DNA of 64,000 nt from Felis catus (GCF_018350175.1 NC_058368.1:206832001-206896000); one strand, 5' to 3'. Shown: positions 1-13,200, numbered from the stretch's first letter. Translations and numbers: made by a program. The notes: a model not told the origin generated them from the sequence alone.

Positions 1-10
1 AAAAAAAAAA

Positions 11-258
11 TAAAGTCTAGTTTGTCTGATATAAATGTGGCTACCCCAGCTTTCTTTTGACATCCATTAGCATGATAGATGTTTCTCCATCCCCTCACTT
101 TCAACCTGCAGGTGTGTTTAGGTCTAAAATGAATCTCGTGTAGGCAGCATATAAATTCTTGTTTTTTAAATGCATTCTGATACCCTCTGTCTTTCGATTG
201 GAGCATTTAGTCCATTTACATTTGGAGTGATTATTGAAAGATAAGAATTTAGTGCCAT
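11..258 (-). pseudogene. L1 ORF2p endonuclease N-terminus remnant
   Basis: ATG at 258-256. Minus-strand translation includes MALNSYLSIITPNVNGLNAPI and ICCLHEIHFRPKHTCRLKVRGWRNIYHANGCQKKAGVATFISDKLDF, typical of the L1 APE domain. Interrupted at the window start by a poly-A, probably the tail of a + strand insertion. Confidence 0.9.
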
Positions 259-347
259 TGTGTTACCTGTAGAGTTCGTGTTCCTAGTGATGCTATCTGG
301 TCCTCTCTAGTTTTTATTGCTTTCAGTCAATTTTTTTTCCCCACCAG

Positions 348-1228
348 TCAAAAAGTCCCCCTTAAAATTTCTTGTAGGGCTGGTTTAGTGGTCACAAACT
401 CCTTTAGTTTTTGTTTTTCTGGGAAACTCTTTATCTCCCCTTCAATTATGAATGACAGCCTTGCTGGATAGTGAATTCTCAGCTGCATAGTTTTTCCATT
501 GAGCATGTTGAACATATCTTGCCACTCCTTTCTGGCCTTCCAAGTTTCTGTGGACAAATATGCTACAAATCTGATCTGTCTTCCCTTATAGGCTAAGGAC
601 TTTTTTTCCTTGCTGCTTTCATGATTCTTTCCTTGTCTGTCTATTTTCTGAATTTACTGATATGTCTTAGTGATGGCTGGCTTTTGTTGAATTTAATGAG
701 AGTTCTCTGTGCTCCTTGGACTTTGATGTCTGTGTCCTACCCCAGATTATGGAAGTTTTCAGCTATAATTTGCTCACATAAACCTTCTGACCCCTTTTCT
801 CTTTCTTCATCTTCCGGGACTCCTATGATGTGAATGTTATTATGTTTTAATAAATCATTGAGTTCTTAAAGTCTGCTTTCATGATCACTGAGCTTTGTTT
901 CCCTTTTCTTTTCAGCTTCATTATTTTTCATAATTTTATCTTCTACATTGCTAATTCACTCCTCTGCCTCATCCATTCTCATTTTTGTGGCCTTCATTCG
1001 GGTTTGCATCTCATTTTTAATTTTGGCCTGACTAGATTTTACTTCTTTTATCTCTGCAGAAATGGATTCTCTGGTGTCTTCTATGCTTTTTTCAAGCCCA
1101 GATAGTATCCTTCTAATCCTTGTTTTAAATTCTAGTTCAGACATCTTACTTATGTCTGCATTGATTAAATCCCTGGCCACCGTTTCTTCCTGTTCTTTCT
1201 TTTGAGGTGAATTCCTCCATCTTGTCAT
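348..1228 (-). pseudogene. L1 ORF1p remnant with nonsense and frameshift lesions
   Basis: ORF-track pieces 956-1228 and 348-557 are the N- and C-terminal parts of ORF1p. The region between has in-frame stops. Confidence 0.9.
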
Positions 1229-2489
1229 TTTGGAGGAAGAAATAACAATAATAAAATTAAGTAAAGATTAAAAAATTTTTAAAATAAAATAAAGGAAGCT
1301 ATATCTTAAGTGTGTTTTGGTCTGCTTGTTAAGAGATGCTTGATAGAAAAAAGAGAAAAGAGCGAAGAAGAGAGAAAAAAATTAAAAATAAAAAAATAAT
1401 ACAATAATACAATACAATAAAAATTTTGCTCTTTCTGTATCCAAGTAACAAAAAAAAAAAGCAACAACAACAAAAACAAAAACAGTAGCATCAACAACAA
1501 AGAAAACAAACAAAAGAATGAGCAAAAAACCCCAAATGTAGCTAGATTCCCCCAGGAGCTGAAACTTTGCAGCAGTATGGTCATTAGTGTAAGCTCATGG
1601 AAAGGATTTGTGGTGGTCCTTCTGGAGGGTCCTGCTGCTCTAATTCTCAGGCCAATTGTCCTAATGGAGATGTGCCTGGAAGATGCAGGTGGGTGGGGCT
1701 TAGTGTAACAGCTCCATTCTCTTCTTGGTGGTGTTGTTTCACTCACTTCCGTTGATCAGTGTTGGTGGGCTAATGCTGAAAATGGCTTTACCTCACTCTC
1801 TGGTCTCCAGACTGGGAAGTTAGTGCCCTCACAGATGCGTGATCAATCACGCCTCCTCTGTTCCCTGCTTCCATCAGTTCCCCACCTTCCCCCTCCCTGT
1901 GTCCAAGATGTCTACCTACCAGGCTGCGCCTCTCTCCAGAGTTTTATCTCAGGCTCAGCTGTGTTTCAAAGCCTCACACTTCAGAGACCCATGTGGTTCG
2001 GACCCACAGTGATCTTCTGGGGGAGGATCTCACCACACTGTGGCCAGGGCCAGCTTGTCCCAGTAAATAGTCACACCACTATGTGGTGGCAGCAGCTCAA
2101 AGATTATGCTAAATCACAACACACAGCTGCTGCCAGGTTTTGCTGCCCTCAGCTGGCATCTTTATTTCTATATAGGTGAACATGGTGGCTTGATGGAGCC
2201 CTTGGTGTGTTTTGCTCATGGAGAGGCCAAATCACCTCTACAAAGGCACTCTAAGCAGGGAACTGCTTCTCCCCGTGTGACCCTGGGGATTCCCAGACCA
2301 CACTGCCCTCACCCGGCGCTCTGCCCTGCTTCCTTGCCAGAGCAACACTGGGAGCTGGCCTCTGAAACTTCAGATTCTGTGCTCTGCTATTTATAAAAAA
2401 CTGGTGATATTGAAACCGTCTCCTTATTCTCTTGTCAATGCTTTTGGGGAACAGTTTTCTTGTATTTGATTCAAATAACCAAATCTGGC

Positions 2490-2491
<2 letters not shown>

Positions 2492-2543
<52 letters not shown>

Positions 2544-2562
2544 TAGACACACACACACACAT
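2492..2562. repeat. Compound (TA)n(CA)n microsatellite
   Basis: Directly visible. Confidence 0.97.
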
Positions 2563-2689
2563 ATGTATTAACATATACATTAATGATATATATTCACATA
2601 TTTATGGTGTTCACAATATATACTCATAATTATAGATGTACATATATTACATATATTCATATATATATGAATAGACCTATGTTTTTAAA

Positions 2690-3555
2690 AAACTTAACCA
2701 TAAATTGAAAAATACAATAGAAACTACTCTAAGTCTGTATAGCTTTATTGGTAAAATATATCAAATACTTAAGGAAGAAACAATAATAATCCTACACAAA
2801 GTATTTCAAAATGTATAGGAGGAGGGATACTTTGCATTTTATTTCATAAGACCAGATTATTCTAAAACAAAAACCAGACAAAGACATTACAAGAAAAGAA
2901 AACTACAGACCAGTGTCCCTCATGAACACATGAACACAGACACAGGCACAGTCCTCCCATTAAAGAAATAATAAATCAAATTCAACAATATATGAAAAGC
3001 ATAATATATCATCACTTAGTGAGATTTATCTCAGGAATGCAAGAATGATTTAACATTTGACAAATTAAAGTTTATTTCAGGAATATAAGTTTCATTTAAT
3101 ATTGAATAATCAGTCAGGGCACTTGGCTGGCTCAGTTGGAGGAGCATGCAACTTTTGATCTCGGCGTCGTGGGTTCGAGTCCCATGTTAGGTGTAGAGAT
3201 TTGAAAAAAATCCTAAAAAAAAAAAAAAAAAGAAAAATCAATGTTATTTACCATATTAATAGACTCCCGACAAACCCAGGTGATTACATCAATAGATGGA
3301 GAAAAGTTTTCTCATGATATTCAACATTCATTCATAATAAATAACTTCTCAAATTAAGAATAGAGGAGAATTTCTTTAACTTAATAAAATACGTCTATTA
3401 CAGACATATACCTAACATCAGACTTATTTTTTGAAATATTGAATGCTTTGTTTCTAAGGTGGGGAGCAAGGCAAAGATATACTGATATACTGTCATCACT
3501 TCTATTTGACACTGCATTGCAGGGCCTACTCAGTGTAATTGAATAAGAAAAATAA
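2690..3555 (+). mobile_element. Ancient L1M ORF2 (RT region) fragment, left part
   Basis: 'aaaccagacaaagacattacaagaaaagaaaactacagaccagtgtccctcatgaac' and 'tatatcatcacttagtgagatttatctcaggaatgcaag' are degenerate L1 RT sequence. Confidence 0.85.
3117..3231 (+). mobile_element. Short Can-SINE (tRNA-like head plus A tail, no CT-rich body; SINEC_b-like)
   Basis: A-box-like 'tggctcagttgg', B-box-like 'ggttcgagtccc', then 'tgtagagattt' and poly-A. Inserted in the old L1M. Confidence 0.85.
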
Positions 3556-3557
3556 AA

Positions 3558-4782
3558 CACGAATGTAAGGGAAGAAACCATCAAAACCCTAGAGGAGAAA
3601 GCACGCAATAACCTCTTTGACCTCAGCCACAGCAATTTCTTACTTGACACATCTCCAAAGGCAAGGGAATTAAAAACAAAACTGAACTCTTGGGACCTCA
3701 TCAAGATAAAAAGCTTCTGCACTGCAAAGGAAACACTCAACAAAATTAAAAGGCAACTGACAGATTGGGAGAAGACGTTTGCAAATGACCTATCAGATAA
3801 AGGGTTAGTATCCAAAATCTATAAACAACTTATCAAACTCAACACCCAAAAACCAAATAATCCAGTGAAGAANNNNNNNNNNNNNNNNNNNNNNNNNNNN
3901 NNNNNNNNNNNNNNNNNNNNNNNNNNNNNNNNNNNNNNNNNNNNNNNNNNNNNNNNNNNNNNNNNNNNNNNNNNNNNNNNNNNNNNNNNNNNNNNNNNNN
4001 NNNNNNNNNNNNNNNNNNNNNNNNNNNNNNNNNNNNNNNNNNAAACAGCAGATGTTGGCAAGAATGTGGAGAAACAGGAGCCCTCTTGCACTGTTGGTGG
4101 GAATGCAAACTGGTGCACCTGATCTGGAAAACAGCATCGAGGTTCCTCAAAAGATTAAAAATAGAACTACCCTATGACCCAGCAATAGCACTACTAGGGA
4201 TTTATCCAAAGGATACAGGTGTCCTGATTCATAGGGGCACATGTACTCCAATGTTTATAGCTGTGCTTTCAATAATAGCTAAATTATGGAAAGAGCTTAA
4301 ATGACCATCAGCTGATGAATGGATAAAGAAGATGTGGTTTATATATACAATGGAATACTACTTGGCAATGAGAAGGAATGAAATCATGCCATTTGCAGTA
4401 ATGTGGATGAAACTGGAAGGTATTATGCTAAGTGAAATAAGTCAGTCAGAGAGACACATATCATATATTTTCACTCATATGAGGATCTTGAGAAACTTAA
4501 CAGAAGACCATGGGGGAAGGGAAAGGGAAAAAAGTAGTTACAGAGAGGGAGGGAGGCAAACCATAAGAGGCTCTTAAATACAGAGAAAAAACTGAGGGTT
4601 GATGGGGGAGTGGAGGAGATGGGAAAATAGGTGATGGACACTGAGAAGGACACTTGTTGGTATGAGCACTGGGTGTTGTACGTAAGCGATGAACCACAGG
4701 AATCTACCCCAAAAACCAAGAGCATACTTTACACACTGTATGGTAACCAATTTGACAATAAATTATATTTAAAAAGAAAACA
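3558..4782 (+). mobile_element. Younger felid/carnivore L1 3' end (ORF2 C-terminus plus 3'UTR), 5'-truncated
   Basis: 'gaaaccatcaaaaccctagaggagaaagc', 'aaaatagaactaccctatgacccagcaatagcactact', 3'UTR ending 'aaccaatttgacaataaattatatttaaaaagaaaa'. Confidence 0.93.
3873..4042. other. Assembly gap (170 N)
   Basis: N run inside the L1. Confidence 0.99.
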
Positions 4783-4807
4783 AAGGGAAGAGAACATTGC
4801 TATTATT

Positions 4808-4867
4808 ATTATTATTTTAAATGCTTATTTATTTATTTTGAGGCAGAGACAGCACAAGTGGGGGAGG

Positions 4868-4915
<48 letters not shown>

Positions 4916-5037
4916 CACGCAGGCTCCACTTTCAGCACAGAGCCCAATGTGGGGCTCAGTCTCGTGAACTGTGAGATCATGATCTGAGCTGAAATCAAGA
5001 GTTGTGTGTTTGGCTGGCTGAGCCACCCAGGTGCCTC
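4808..5037 (-). mobile_element. Can-SINE (older feliform type) with (GA)n
   Basis: Reverse-complement SINE head 'tgagccacccaggtgcctc'. Imperfect TSD agaacattgctattatt (4791) / agaacgtcactattatt (5038). Confidence 0.93.
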
Positions 5038-5464
5038 AGAACGTCACTATTATTCAAGCATGAGCCAAAGGCCATCAGTCCCAATTGACAATCAGCTCTT
5101 TATTGTGAAGATTGTTTGTGTCACTGGGATGGGAGCCATGCTGGAAACAGGTGCAGAACTTTGAGACACCTGCCCCTGCTCATCTCATTAGGTGGCAAGA
5201 CTTTTCTCCTCTCACCAATACTCATTTAGGTGGGTTGAACTGCAAACTTTTCATGCCTTTTGCTTTTTCTGCTTTGTTATAGTTTGCCTGTAGCTTTGCT
5301 TGGAAAAGGAGAATCTACTGAGTCAATGTGTTTATCTTCTTTATTTCTGGTTAGTTTCTCTTTTTACTTAAAACATACAGAAAATTTTAAGCTCATAGTA
5401 CATCAGGGGGTGTTTAGATCTAAAATAAACTCTTTCATCAAAAGAAAAACAAAAACAAAAATGA

Positions 5465-5900
5465 AAGAAAAATAAGACATGAATTGGAAAACAAGTAGAA
5501 AAACTGTCTTTATAGATGACATAATAATATATGTAGAAAATCTCAAGTAATCTACTAATAGATTAAAAAACTAATAGATCCAGGGGCACCTGGGTGGCTC
5601 AGTCGGTTAAGCCGCCGACTTCGGCTCAGGTCATGATCTCTCGGTCCGTGAGTTCAAGCCCCACGTCGGGCTCTGTGCTGACAGCTCAGAGCCTGGAGCC
5701 TGTTTCAGATTCTGTGTCTCCCTCTCTCTGACCCTCCCCCGTTCATGCTCTGTCTCTCTCTGTCTCAAAAATAAATAAACGTTAAAAAAAATTAATAGAT
5801 CCAGTAAATGAATTTAGCAAAATTTCAAAATACAAGTTCAACATATAAGAATCAATTATATTTCTAAATTATAGCACCAAATAATTGGATAATGAAATTA
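5465..5900 (+). mobile_element. Ancient L1M ORF2 fragment, right part (continues 2690-3555)
   Basis: 'aaaactgtctttatagatgacataataatatatgtagaaaatctc' corresponds to the RT FADDMI motif region and resumes where the left part stops. Confidence 0.8.
5583..5792 (+). mobile_element. Can-SINE, SINEC_Fc-like
   Basis: Near-consensus head and body. TSD taatagatccag at 5572 and 5793. Confidence 0.96.
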
Positions 5901-7522
5901 CTTTACTTATCCATATGTGAAGATACACCTTTCTAGAGTTGGAGATTGTCAACAGAAAGTGTATGTGGATGGTTCATCCCACTTACTGGATATTTTGTTG
6001 GGTATATTACTTTTATATACAGTTGACCATGACTGCCTTTTCCCATTTTATCATAAGTATTAAGTTAGGAGAGTTAGGAGAGGCTGTTATATAGGATGCT
6101 AGTAGCTAAATGTCAATTAAGTCTTCTGACTTTTTAAAAGTAAAATAGTTATAGTTATTCTTAACATAATCTTGATGAATACGTTTTTAACAACTTATTT
6201 AAGATAAACTTTGCTTGGTGTCATTTACTTGACTAATTGATATAAACTAGTCTTTGTAATTTAGAAACTGATAGAGAAGGCTGAGGTTTAAGGGTATTGC
6301 TCTCTAAATGCTTAGATTGGGACAATCAAAGAAGAGAATTAAAATAACTTCTTAAAGGCATAGGTACTTTGAATTGCACACAATTTATAATTATATAAAA
6401 TCAGTAATTTCTCCTCTGACCGATAATGTTGGGATTAGTGGCTATTTTAAGCAGATGGAGCCATTACCAAATTGCTCTAGAGGAAAAAGAAAATGACAAT
6501 TTATTTCTCCATTTAAATATAAATTCCCTAAAGTAATTATTCTCAGATTAATTCTCCTATGCCTTCATCGCAGTTGCCACCAGATGATAATCATGGTTCA
6601 ATTCGCCTTCCGTGGGGGGAAAGGGAAACTTGTGCAACACACACATACATGTACTAACCAAACCAAGGTTGAAATGTAGGTCTAGAAATTCATTCCCTGG
6701 GTGAATGTGCACCATGACTGAAACTGTATCTGTGCTGAAGGCAAAATCTGCTACAAAAACAACCAGCTCATCAGCTTGAACTCAGGCATTAATATCTTTT
6801 GTCCTTTGACTTGAAAAAGATAGTATCTTCCAGGAATATTAGGAGGATAAAACACTGCATCCGAGTAGGAAATTTCCTTTTGTAGAAGACAGTTATTGAG
6901 ATGAGCATTCTTCATTATTTAGTGTCTAATTTATTAGATAAATAATGAATTACATTTATGGAAATGGTTTTCTAACATAAACTTAAGAGCTTGACGCAAA
7001 CTAAAATCAATTATATAGTTAACAAACAGCAGAAGTCAGAGATCTAGAAGACCGTGACAAAAAACAAACCAAAGTAATTCAAACAAAACAAAATAAAATC
7101 TCTGTAACTTCTGCAACTCATCACCATGACCAATGCTTGAGGTTATTCCCCATTTATGAAGTGAGGAATTACATCAACTCATACTGATTTTTGCTGTGTG
7201 TGTTTACACATAACAATTGTTGAGTTGCCAAGGACCTTCAGTTTCAGGGAATAACAAGACCGTGAAAAGAAGTCGGTTTTATTCTAAGAATGAAGGAATG
7301 AATACATCACCAGGGTTAACCAGACAGAATGACTAGAATACCTCAGTGCTGACTTAAGTGAGGGAGTCGTTGAATGAAACCTGATAGCTTAACAGAGCAG
7401 CTGAAGGAAAGTCAGGTAAAACAAATGGTATTGAGGGATTATAAAGGACTGGATATGGTGATAGTGAGGTAAAAGTTACCAGGTACAAAGCCTATGGACC
7501 AAGGAGTATATAGGTGACTCTT

Positions 7523-7561
7523 CTTTTTTTTTTTCTTTTTTAAATATGTCCTTATTTATTT

Positions 7562-7603
<42 letters not shown>

Positions 7604-7749
7604 AAGAGGGGAAAGGAGACAGAATGGAAGCAGGCTCTAGGCTCTGAGCTGTCAGCACATAGCCTGATGTAGGTTCAAACTCATGAACCATGAGATCATG
7701 ACCTGAGCTGAAGTCAGAAGCTTACTGACTGAGCCACACAGGCGCCCTT
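7523..7749 (-). mobile_element. Can-SINE with (GA)n
   Basis: Head 'gactgagccacacaggcgccc'. TSD ggtgactctt (7513) / ggtgattctt (7751). Confidence 0.95.
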
Positions 7750-8073
7750 CGGTGATTCTTAAAAGATGATCAGATGTCAGGCAATGGTTGAATCTTTACT
7801 GATAGGTTTGTTGAAGTTGACTGTAGGGCATCCTTTGGAGATAAGTCTTTTGTTCTATATGTGGTAACTGTTTTGAGTCTGCTTTTTTCTTTTTCAAGCC
7901 ATGGTCAGATGTAGTGGAATATTAGTTTCTGTCTATGAAAAAAATCTTGAATGTCTTGAATGAAGTTTTTAATATCAGGACTACTTAATGGTCCCAGACT
8001 GTGCTAGCAAATGAGTAGCCTCAGATCTGAGATGCTAGAGAGGACATTGATTGGACACCAAGGCTAGCTTCAC

Positions 8074-8113
<40 letters not shown>

Positions 8114-8142
8114 CACACACACATGCACACACACACACATAC
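8074..8142. repeat. Imperfect (AC)n microsatellite
   Basis: Directly visible. Confidence 0.96.
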
Positions 8143-9129
8143 ATGCATGTCATGTTTTAGGTTATATACAATCTTGGGAAGGTGAATATGGTTGAGGAGA
8201 TGAATTGGAGGAAAACGGACAGATTTGGAGCTCTGGTTCAACAACAGGCAAGAGACGAGTGAACAAAACCTGACAGAGAATCAAAGACAAGATGATGTCC
8301 TATTAAGGTTCTATGTCATATTAAGGGAAAAAAAATAGTATAGGGCAAAATTATAATCAGAACACTTAAAGATATGCTTATCTACTAGAATATTGAAGAG
8401 AGTGGTGAGAAATGAGGAGGGAAAAAATCCTACATTGTCAAAGTTGGTTGATATTTTCAACATTGAGGCATTCAGAGGAAAGTATTTATAATTCTGAGTT
8501 TACAACCTGATATGAATAATGCATATAATAAGATATTCATGTGGGACACATATTACTGAACATAAATCTGTTATTTAACAGAATTTTCATGTTTAGATTA
8601 ATTGTGGTTCATTAAGGCTTAAGAGAGAAGTATCACTTGCACTCAGGGCTTACTCATGCTCTGGGAACACTACCAAAAAAGCAGGAAAAAATCATTTTAG
8701 GAAGTCTTTAAGAAGTAATAAATAGTAAGAGCTGCTTCACTTTTGGAGACCGGGACAGAAATACAGGATACCCCTCTGCAGTAGGATTTTAATTCAACAT
8801 CATTAATATTTTTCACACCCAACATTTTTTCCCCCCTATCATAACTATCTGGACTTTTGCTGTATCTCCTAAGAGGTTTTCCTTTTATGGCTGGCGCCTC
8901 TCTAATATAGAATGAGCTTTCTAAAAACATTTCCTGTTTAACATCCTTCAATTGTTCCTGAAAGCCCTCCTCTAAACTAGTGTGGCATAAAGGGCTCTCA
9001 AGTTACAGCCCTTCATTAATTCCACTGTCCAGTCATGAACTGAGTGAAGTAAGTCTCCTCAGTGTTACGCTTTCTTTACACATTTTGAGTATCTTCTTCG
9101 TTTATCCAGAGCACATTCCTCATATGCAC

Positions 9130-9388
9130 TTTTTTCCTTCTGTCTCCCAAAATTTGGCTCCTATGGTACGTAGCAAGCCTTCCTTGACTCTCCCTTTGTC
9201 CTCAGTTTGAGCAAATCATAGCACTCATTTCATTGTGCTGTCATTGTGTTTCTTATCTGGTTCCTTAACTTGAATCAAGGTTCCTTGAGGATAAGAACTC
9301 ATTCTTATTCATCTTTGTATTTCCATTACTTGGCATAGTAACTGGCACTATAGGCCACCCAATAAACCTTTATTGAATAAACAAATGG
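9130..9388 (+). mobile_element. L2 3' end
   Basis: 'gttccttgaggataagaactcattcttattcatctttgtatttcc...ttggcatagtaactggcactatagg...ttattgaataaacaaatg' is a typical L2 tail. Confidence 0.8.
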
Positions 9389-10074
9389 ACTACAACCTGG
9401 CAAGAACCAAATTTTAACCAACAGGCAGGGCCTTCTGGAGTCTCCATGTGTTTTGTGTTAGGACAGTCTTTAACCACCTTCCCCATTTCCTTATTCAGAT
9501 TAAGCCTCTATTGGAGGGTGGGCAAAGGGCTAGCAGTTGAAGATCACACTTCCTGCCTCTGCCTCAAAAGTTCCTCAGCCCAAGCCCACAATGCAATCTC
9601 TCTACTCTAAACTATTTTAAAAAGATACTTGAGTGGTTTTACTTAGGGAGGTGATAGGTTGTAATGAGTCATCCCAGTTCTATCTCAGTCACATTTGTAA
9701 CCAGTAGTAATTTACCTCCTGACATGGAACTCCACTCTGACAAGTACTTGGGTGAAGATTATATCTACAAAATGTATGGGCAGATTAGGTATTGATCTTG
9801 GGACTTTAGAATTAAATTTTTCTACGGAGTTAATGAAACTATGTAAATTTCATACCTATAATTAAAGCTTTATTGGCAGTTTTGTTAATTTATGTTCTTT
9901 AGTCCAGACCAATATATGTCAAATAGAAACCACAAAAGTGTGAAGAAAAATCACAGTGGCAAAAAATTCTGTTATAAGGAATCTTAATTATTCCATCTCA
10001 TTTAACATCTTGAAGATGCTGAAACTGAGGACCAATCTATATTTACCATAATTGTGATGTTTGTTATCTCATTT

Positions 10075-10291
10075 CATTTTTTTAAATGTTTATTTATTTT
10101 TAAGAGAGATTGAGAGAGAGAGAGAGGGAGATTGTGAGTAGGGGCAGATTGTGGGTAGGGGCAGAGAGAGAGGGAGACAGAATCCCAAGTAGGCTCTGCA
10201 CTGACAGTTCTCGAACTCAGGAACCATGAGATCAGGAGCTGAGCTGAAATCAAGAGTCAGACACTTAACTGTTGAGCCACTTAGGTGCCCC
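10075..10291 (-). mobile_element. Can-SINE
   Basis: Head 'tgagccacttaggtgcccc'. TSD ttatctcattt at 10064 and 10293. Confidence 0.95.
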
Positions 10292-13200
10292 ATTATCTCA
10301 TTTTCTGATGTGTTTGCTACCTCATTTTTTTGAAATTCATTTTACATAATACTTATGGACTATTACCCCCCCCCCCCATTTTTCAGAATACATTTACAGC
10401 AGATGGGAAAATAATTGCAGTAAATGAAATAATGTATTTTTTTCAGGTTATTTACAAAAATTATTCACTGAAGTGTATTTCTTAGAAGAAAAAAATAGAA
10501 CAATAAGTATAACCAACAAAGTTTTTTTTTTTTTTTAAGTTCAGGTAACATTGCACTATTTTCTTCTAGTCCAACAGTCTGCATTAGTAAGTCAAGGGGT
10601 TTAGTCATGAGGTGATGAGACTTAGCTTTATTACATCCTGTTAGAATCATTAGCCACCATTGTCTGAGTCCCTTGCATCCTCTGATGAGCCTCACAAAGA
10701 TCATTCAAGCGATGGTAGTAAGGAATTGGTACTTTCAATCATTTTTTTTGTCATTTTTACAAGGACATCTAGTGAGTGAGTTTAGATTTTATAGCATATC
10801 ATAAAAAGGGCAAGTAAAAGATAAAGCTGTTTTTCTATAAAGATAATTTTCTGAGAGAACTGTAACTTGTAAGGTCCCTTAAGTGTTACTCTGCAGCAAG
10901 GTTCTGAAGGTAAGGTGGGAAAGACAAAGATCCATTTTGATTATTCTACGATAATGTGTAGAAATGAAGTCTGGAAATAAGGTTTGATGATTAAAATTAG
11001 AATTTACTGTTAAAAATAAGTGCTAAATGGAACTAGTAATATTGCAAAATAATAGGATCAACACAGCACTACAATTATGAATTTCAAACTGAATTCAGTT
11101 GTTCATTAATTGTAGTCAAGGTAGCAAAAATAATCAGCACATTGTCTGACCCTTTTTGCGTTCAATATATAATAATTCCATTTCTTTGGTCTGAGGTTGT
11201 ATGTTTCATCTTCACCTACAAACAGATCTGTTTTTCTTGTATTCTCATCCAATTTAATAGAAGAAGAACTGATAGAAATTTTCCATTTTCCCTAAAGATC
11301 TGTGTTTACAGCTTATGGCAAGTGATTGTTTTCCCCCTCCCCAGTCCAAGGTATAGGTCTTTGAAAATAAAATCTGAATGTGTGGATTTCAACTTGCGTT
11401 GTGTAAAGATTTTTAGCTGACCCCATGACACTCCTGGAAATCTAACCTGAGATGGGTAAATACATTTTTCAAAATTTCTCTTGTCTTATGTAATTAGAAT
11501 ATTAAATGAATTGAGAAGTTATGAATTCTTTCTAATGAATAATAAACACATATGAGAGTTAGAAGATGGGATATTTTAATAAAGATTGTAAATATGAATA
11601 TAATTTATATATTACTGACTTAAGGAATTTTATATTTTATGTAAGAACACACTCAGAAAATTACCAATCAAGTAAACATGAGCTAATCAATTTTAATTGT
11701 TCAGACAGTACTTTGGTCCTCTTACCGTTTTTTTTTTTTGATAATGCCAAGAATCTTATTTTTCCTTGTATAGTAAACATGGAAAAACACCCAATACAAT
11801 AGATTTCCAGCTGAAAGAATTCCAGATAAAGTTTTATTGTACTTCTACACAAACACACACACCCTACATATGCATACACATATTTATCTAAGCAGACTAG
11901 AAAAAACAGTTTTTTTATATCTGGCCTCATCATCTCTAAAGACATCTTACTAATATGTATTAAGTAATTTATCTCATAATAAATCCATCAACCAATAAGT
12001 CTAATTACTTTAAATAGTCATTATCATAGACAGTCCATCATCCATCCATAAAATCGAGATTTCTTAAACCATTTAATCCCCAGAACATTAATGTCTTTAT
12101 TTTCCAATCATCTAGTAATGTTTACGCCTGGCTTTTGCTTTAGTAGCTTTCTATAATAGCACTCTGGGGCATGAGATTTCATTTAACAAGAAGATAGGAT
12201 GTTTGATTCATATTTTTAAAGAGGCTACTATAGTATCTTTTCCCTAAAAGATGAATACATAAGTATTTTGGTGAACAAAGAAGAAAATCAAATGACATTT
12301 TCTTGTGAAAAAGCAGCAGCTGTTTGCTTATCTCGTGAGAGCTATGAGCGCTTCAGTACTCTGTGCTGAGAAATATCTTCTCCTTCTTGTAGTCATAAAA
12401 TATACGCTGCCTCTAGAAGCAATCTTTGTGGCTAATTTTTTTTTAATGGATGAACAGATTTCTAAAAAAAAAATCGGTTTTAGCTTTCAATGTTTGATGT
12501 CAGTTTAATTTTTCCTAAAATTGAAAAAAAAAAAAAACTTTTTTTGAGCAATGTGAGGATGGAAATAAGCATTTTAATTAAATTATCAGGATGTGGTTTT
12601 GTTTCTGTATGACTGGCCAAGCCAACTGATTCTAAGTATGTCTGGTTGTATTTCCTAAACCAGAACCAGTTTTGCTATCTTGGAAATTAAGTCATGGTTC
12701 TTAAAATTATTTTATGTTAAATCATTAGGACCTGCACTTTTTCTCCAAAGTATTAATTTTGGTGCTTTGAAAGACAGAAGTCTTCCTATGCCATTACAGC
12801 ACTTACCTAAAATGTGAAAATATTTATAAATCACATGTACTTATTGAGAGACAGCATGTGTAGTTATTGAGAGATTGCTAGGAAAAAAACCCATAGTATT
12901 GGTTAAATAGTTGATAAAACTTATTTTAATAAAAAAGTATATATTCTATTAATATTGAAGTAATAGAACATACTACTGAATTGGATAATTCTTGATGCAT
13001 CAGGAATAATTACTTGTCCTAACTCAGCATCCTTGCTTATAGTAACATTGTATCTCCCTAGATCTCTGTCCTTCATCATTAGCTCCTCCTCTGCATAGTC
13101 ATTTGGAGTACTGGATCGTCTTTTCTACTTTCTACCTCCCTCCCTGCCTGTGCTGTTGGTTTACTCCACTTGACTGAACTTTACATGACTTCTGCTCTTT

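Larger units (their letters stand above)
11..2460 (-). mobile_element. Carnivore LINE-1, 5' part (5'UTR, ORF1, short spacer, start of ORF2), decayed
   Basis: Minus strand reads as L1 ORF1 (MTRWRNSPQKKEQE...; ...YPARLSFIIEGEIKSFPEKQKLKEFVTTKPALQEIL), then the ORF2 start MALNSYLSIIT. The A-rich and GC-moderate stretch 1229-2460 fits a carnivore L1 5'UTR. Confidence 0.93.
7220..8260 (-). mobile_element. Degraded L2 fragments
   Basis: Purine-rich, L2-antisense-like sequence interrupted by a SINE and (AC)n. The match is weak. Confidence 0.4.

Noticed and set aside
1306-1746. 146-aa minus-strand ORF
   Set aside because: Lies in the L1 5'UTR and is low-complexity (F/L runs from the A-rich tract).
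3117-3200. tRNA gene
   Set aside because: The A/B boxes belong to the tRNA-derived Can-SINE head and are followed by SINE-specific sequence and poly-A.
3567-4791. aagggaaga (3567 and 4783) as the TSD of the young L1 alone
   Set aside because: The left copy lies inside L1-homologous sequence, and this reading leaves the unique block, AATAAA, second A-tail and the split of the old L1M unexplained. Kept only as a weaker alternative.
6574-6592. CTCF-like ccaccagatg; also REST-like gctgtcc and CTCF-like agaggtggc near 19220-19270
   Set aside because: Only half of each motif matches.
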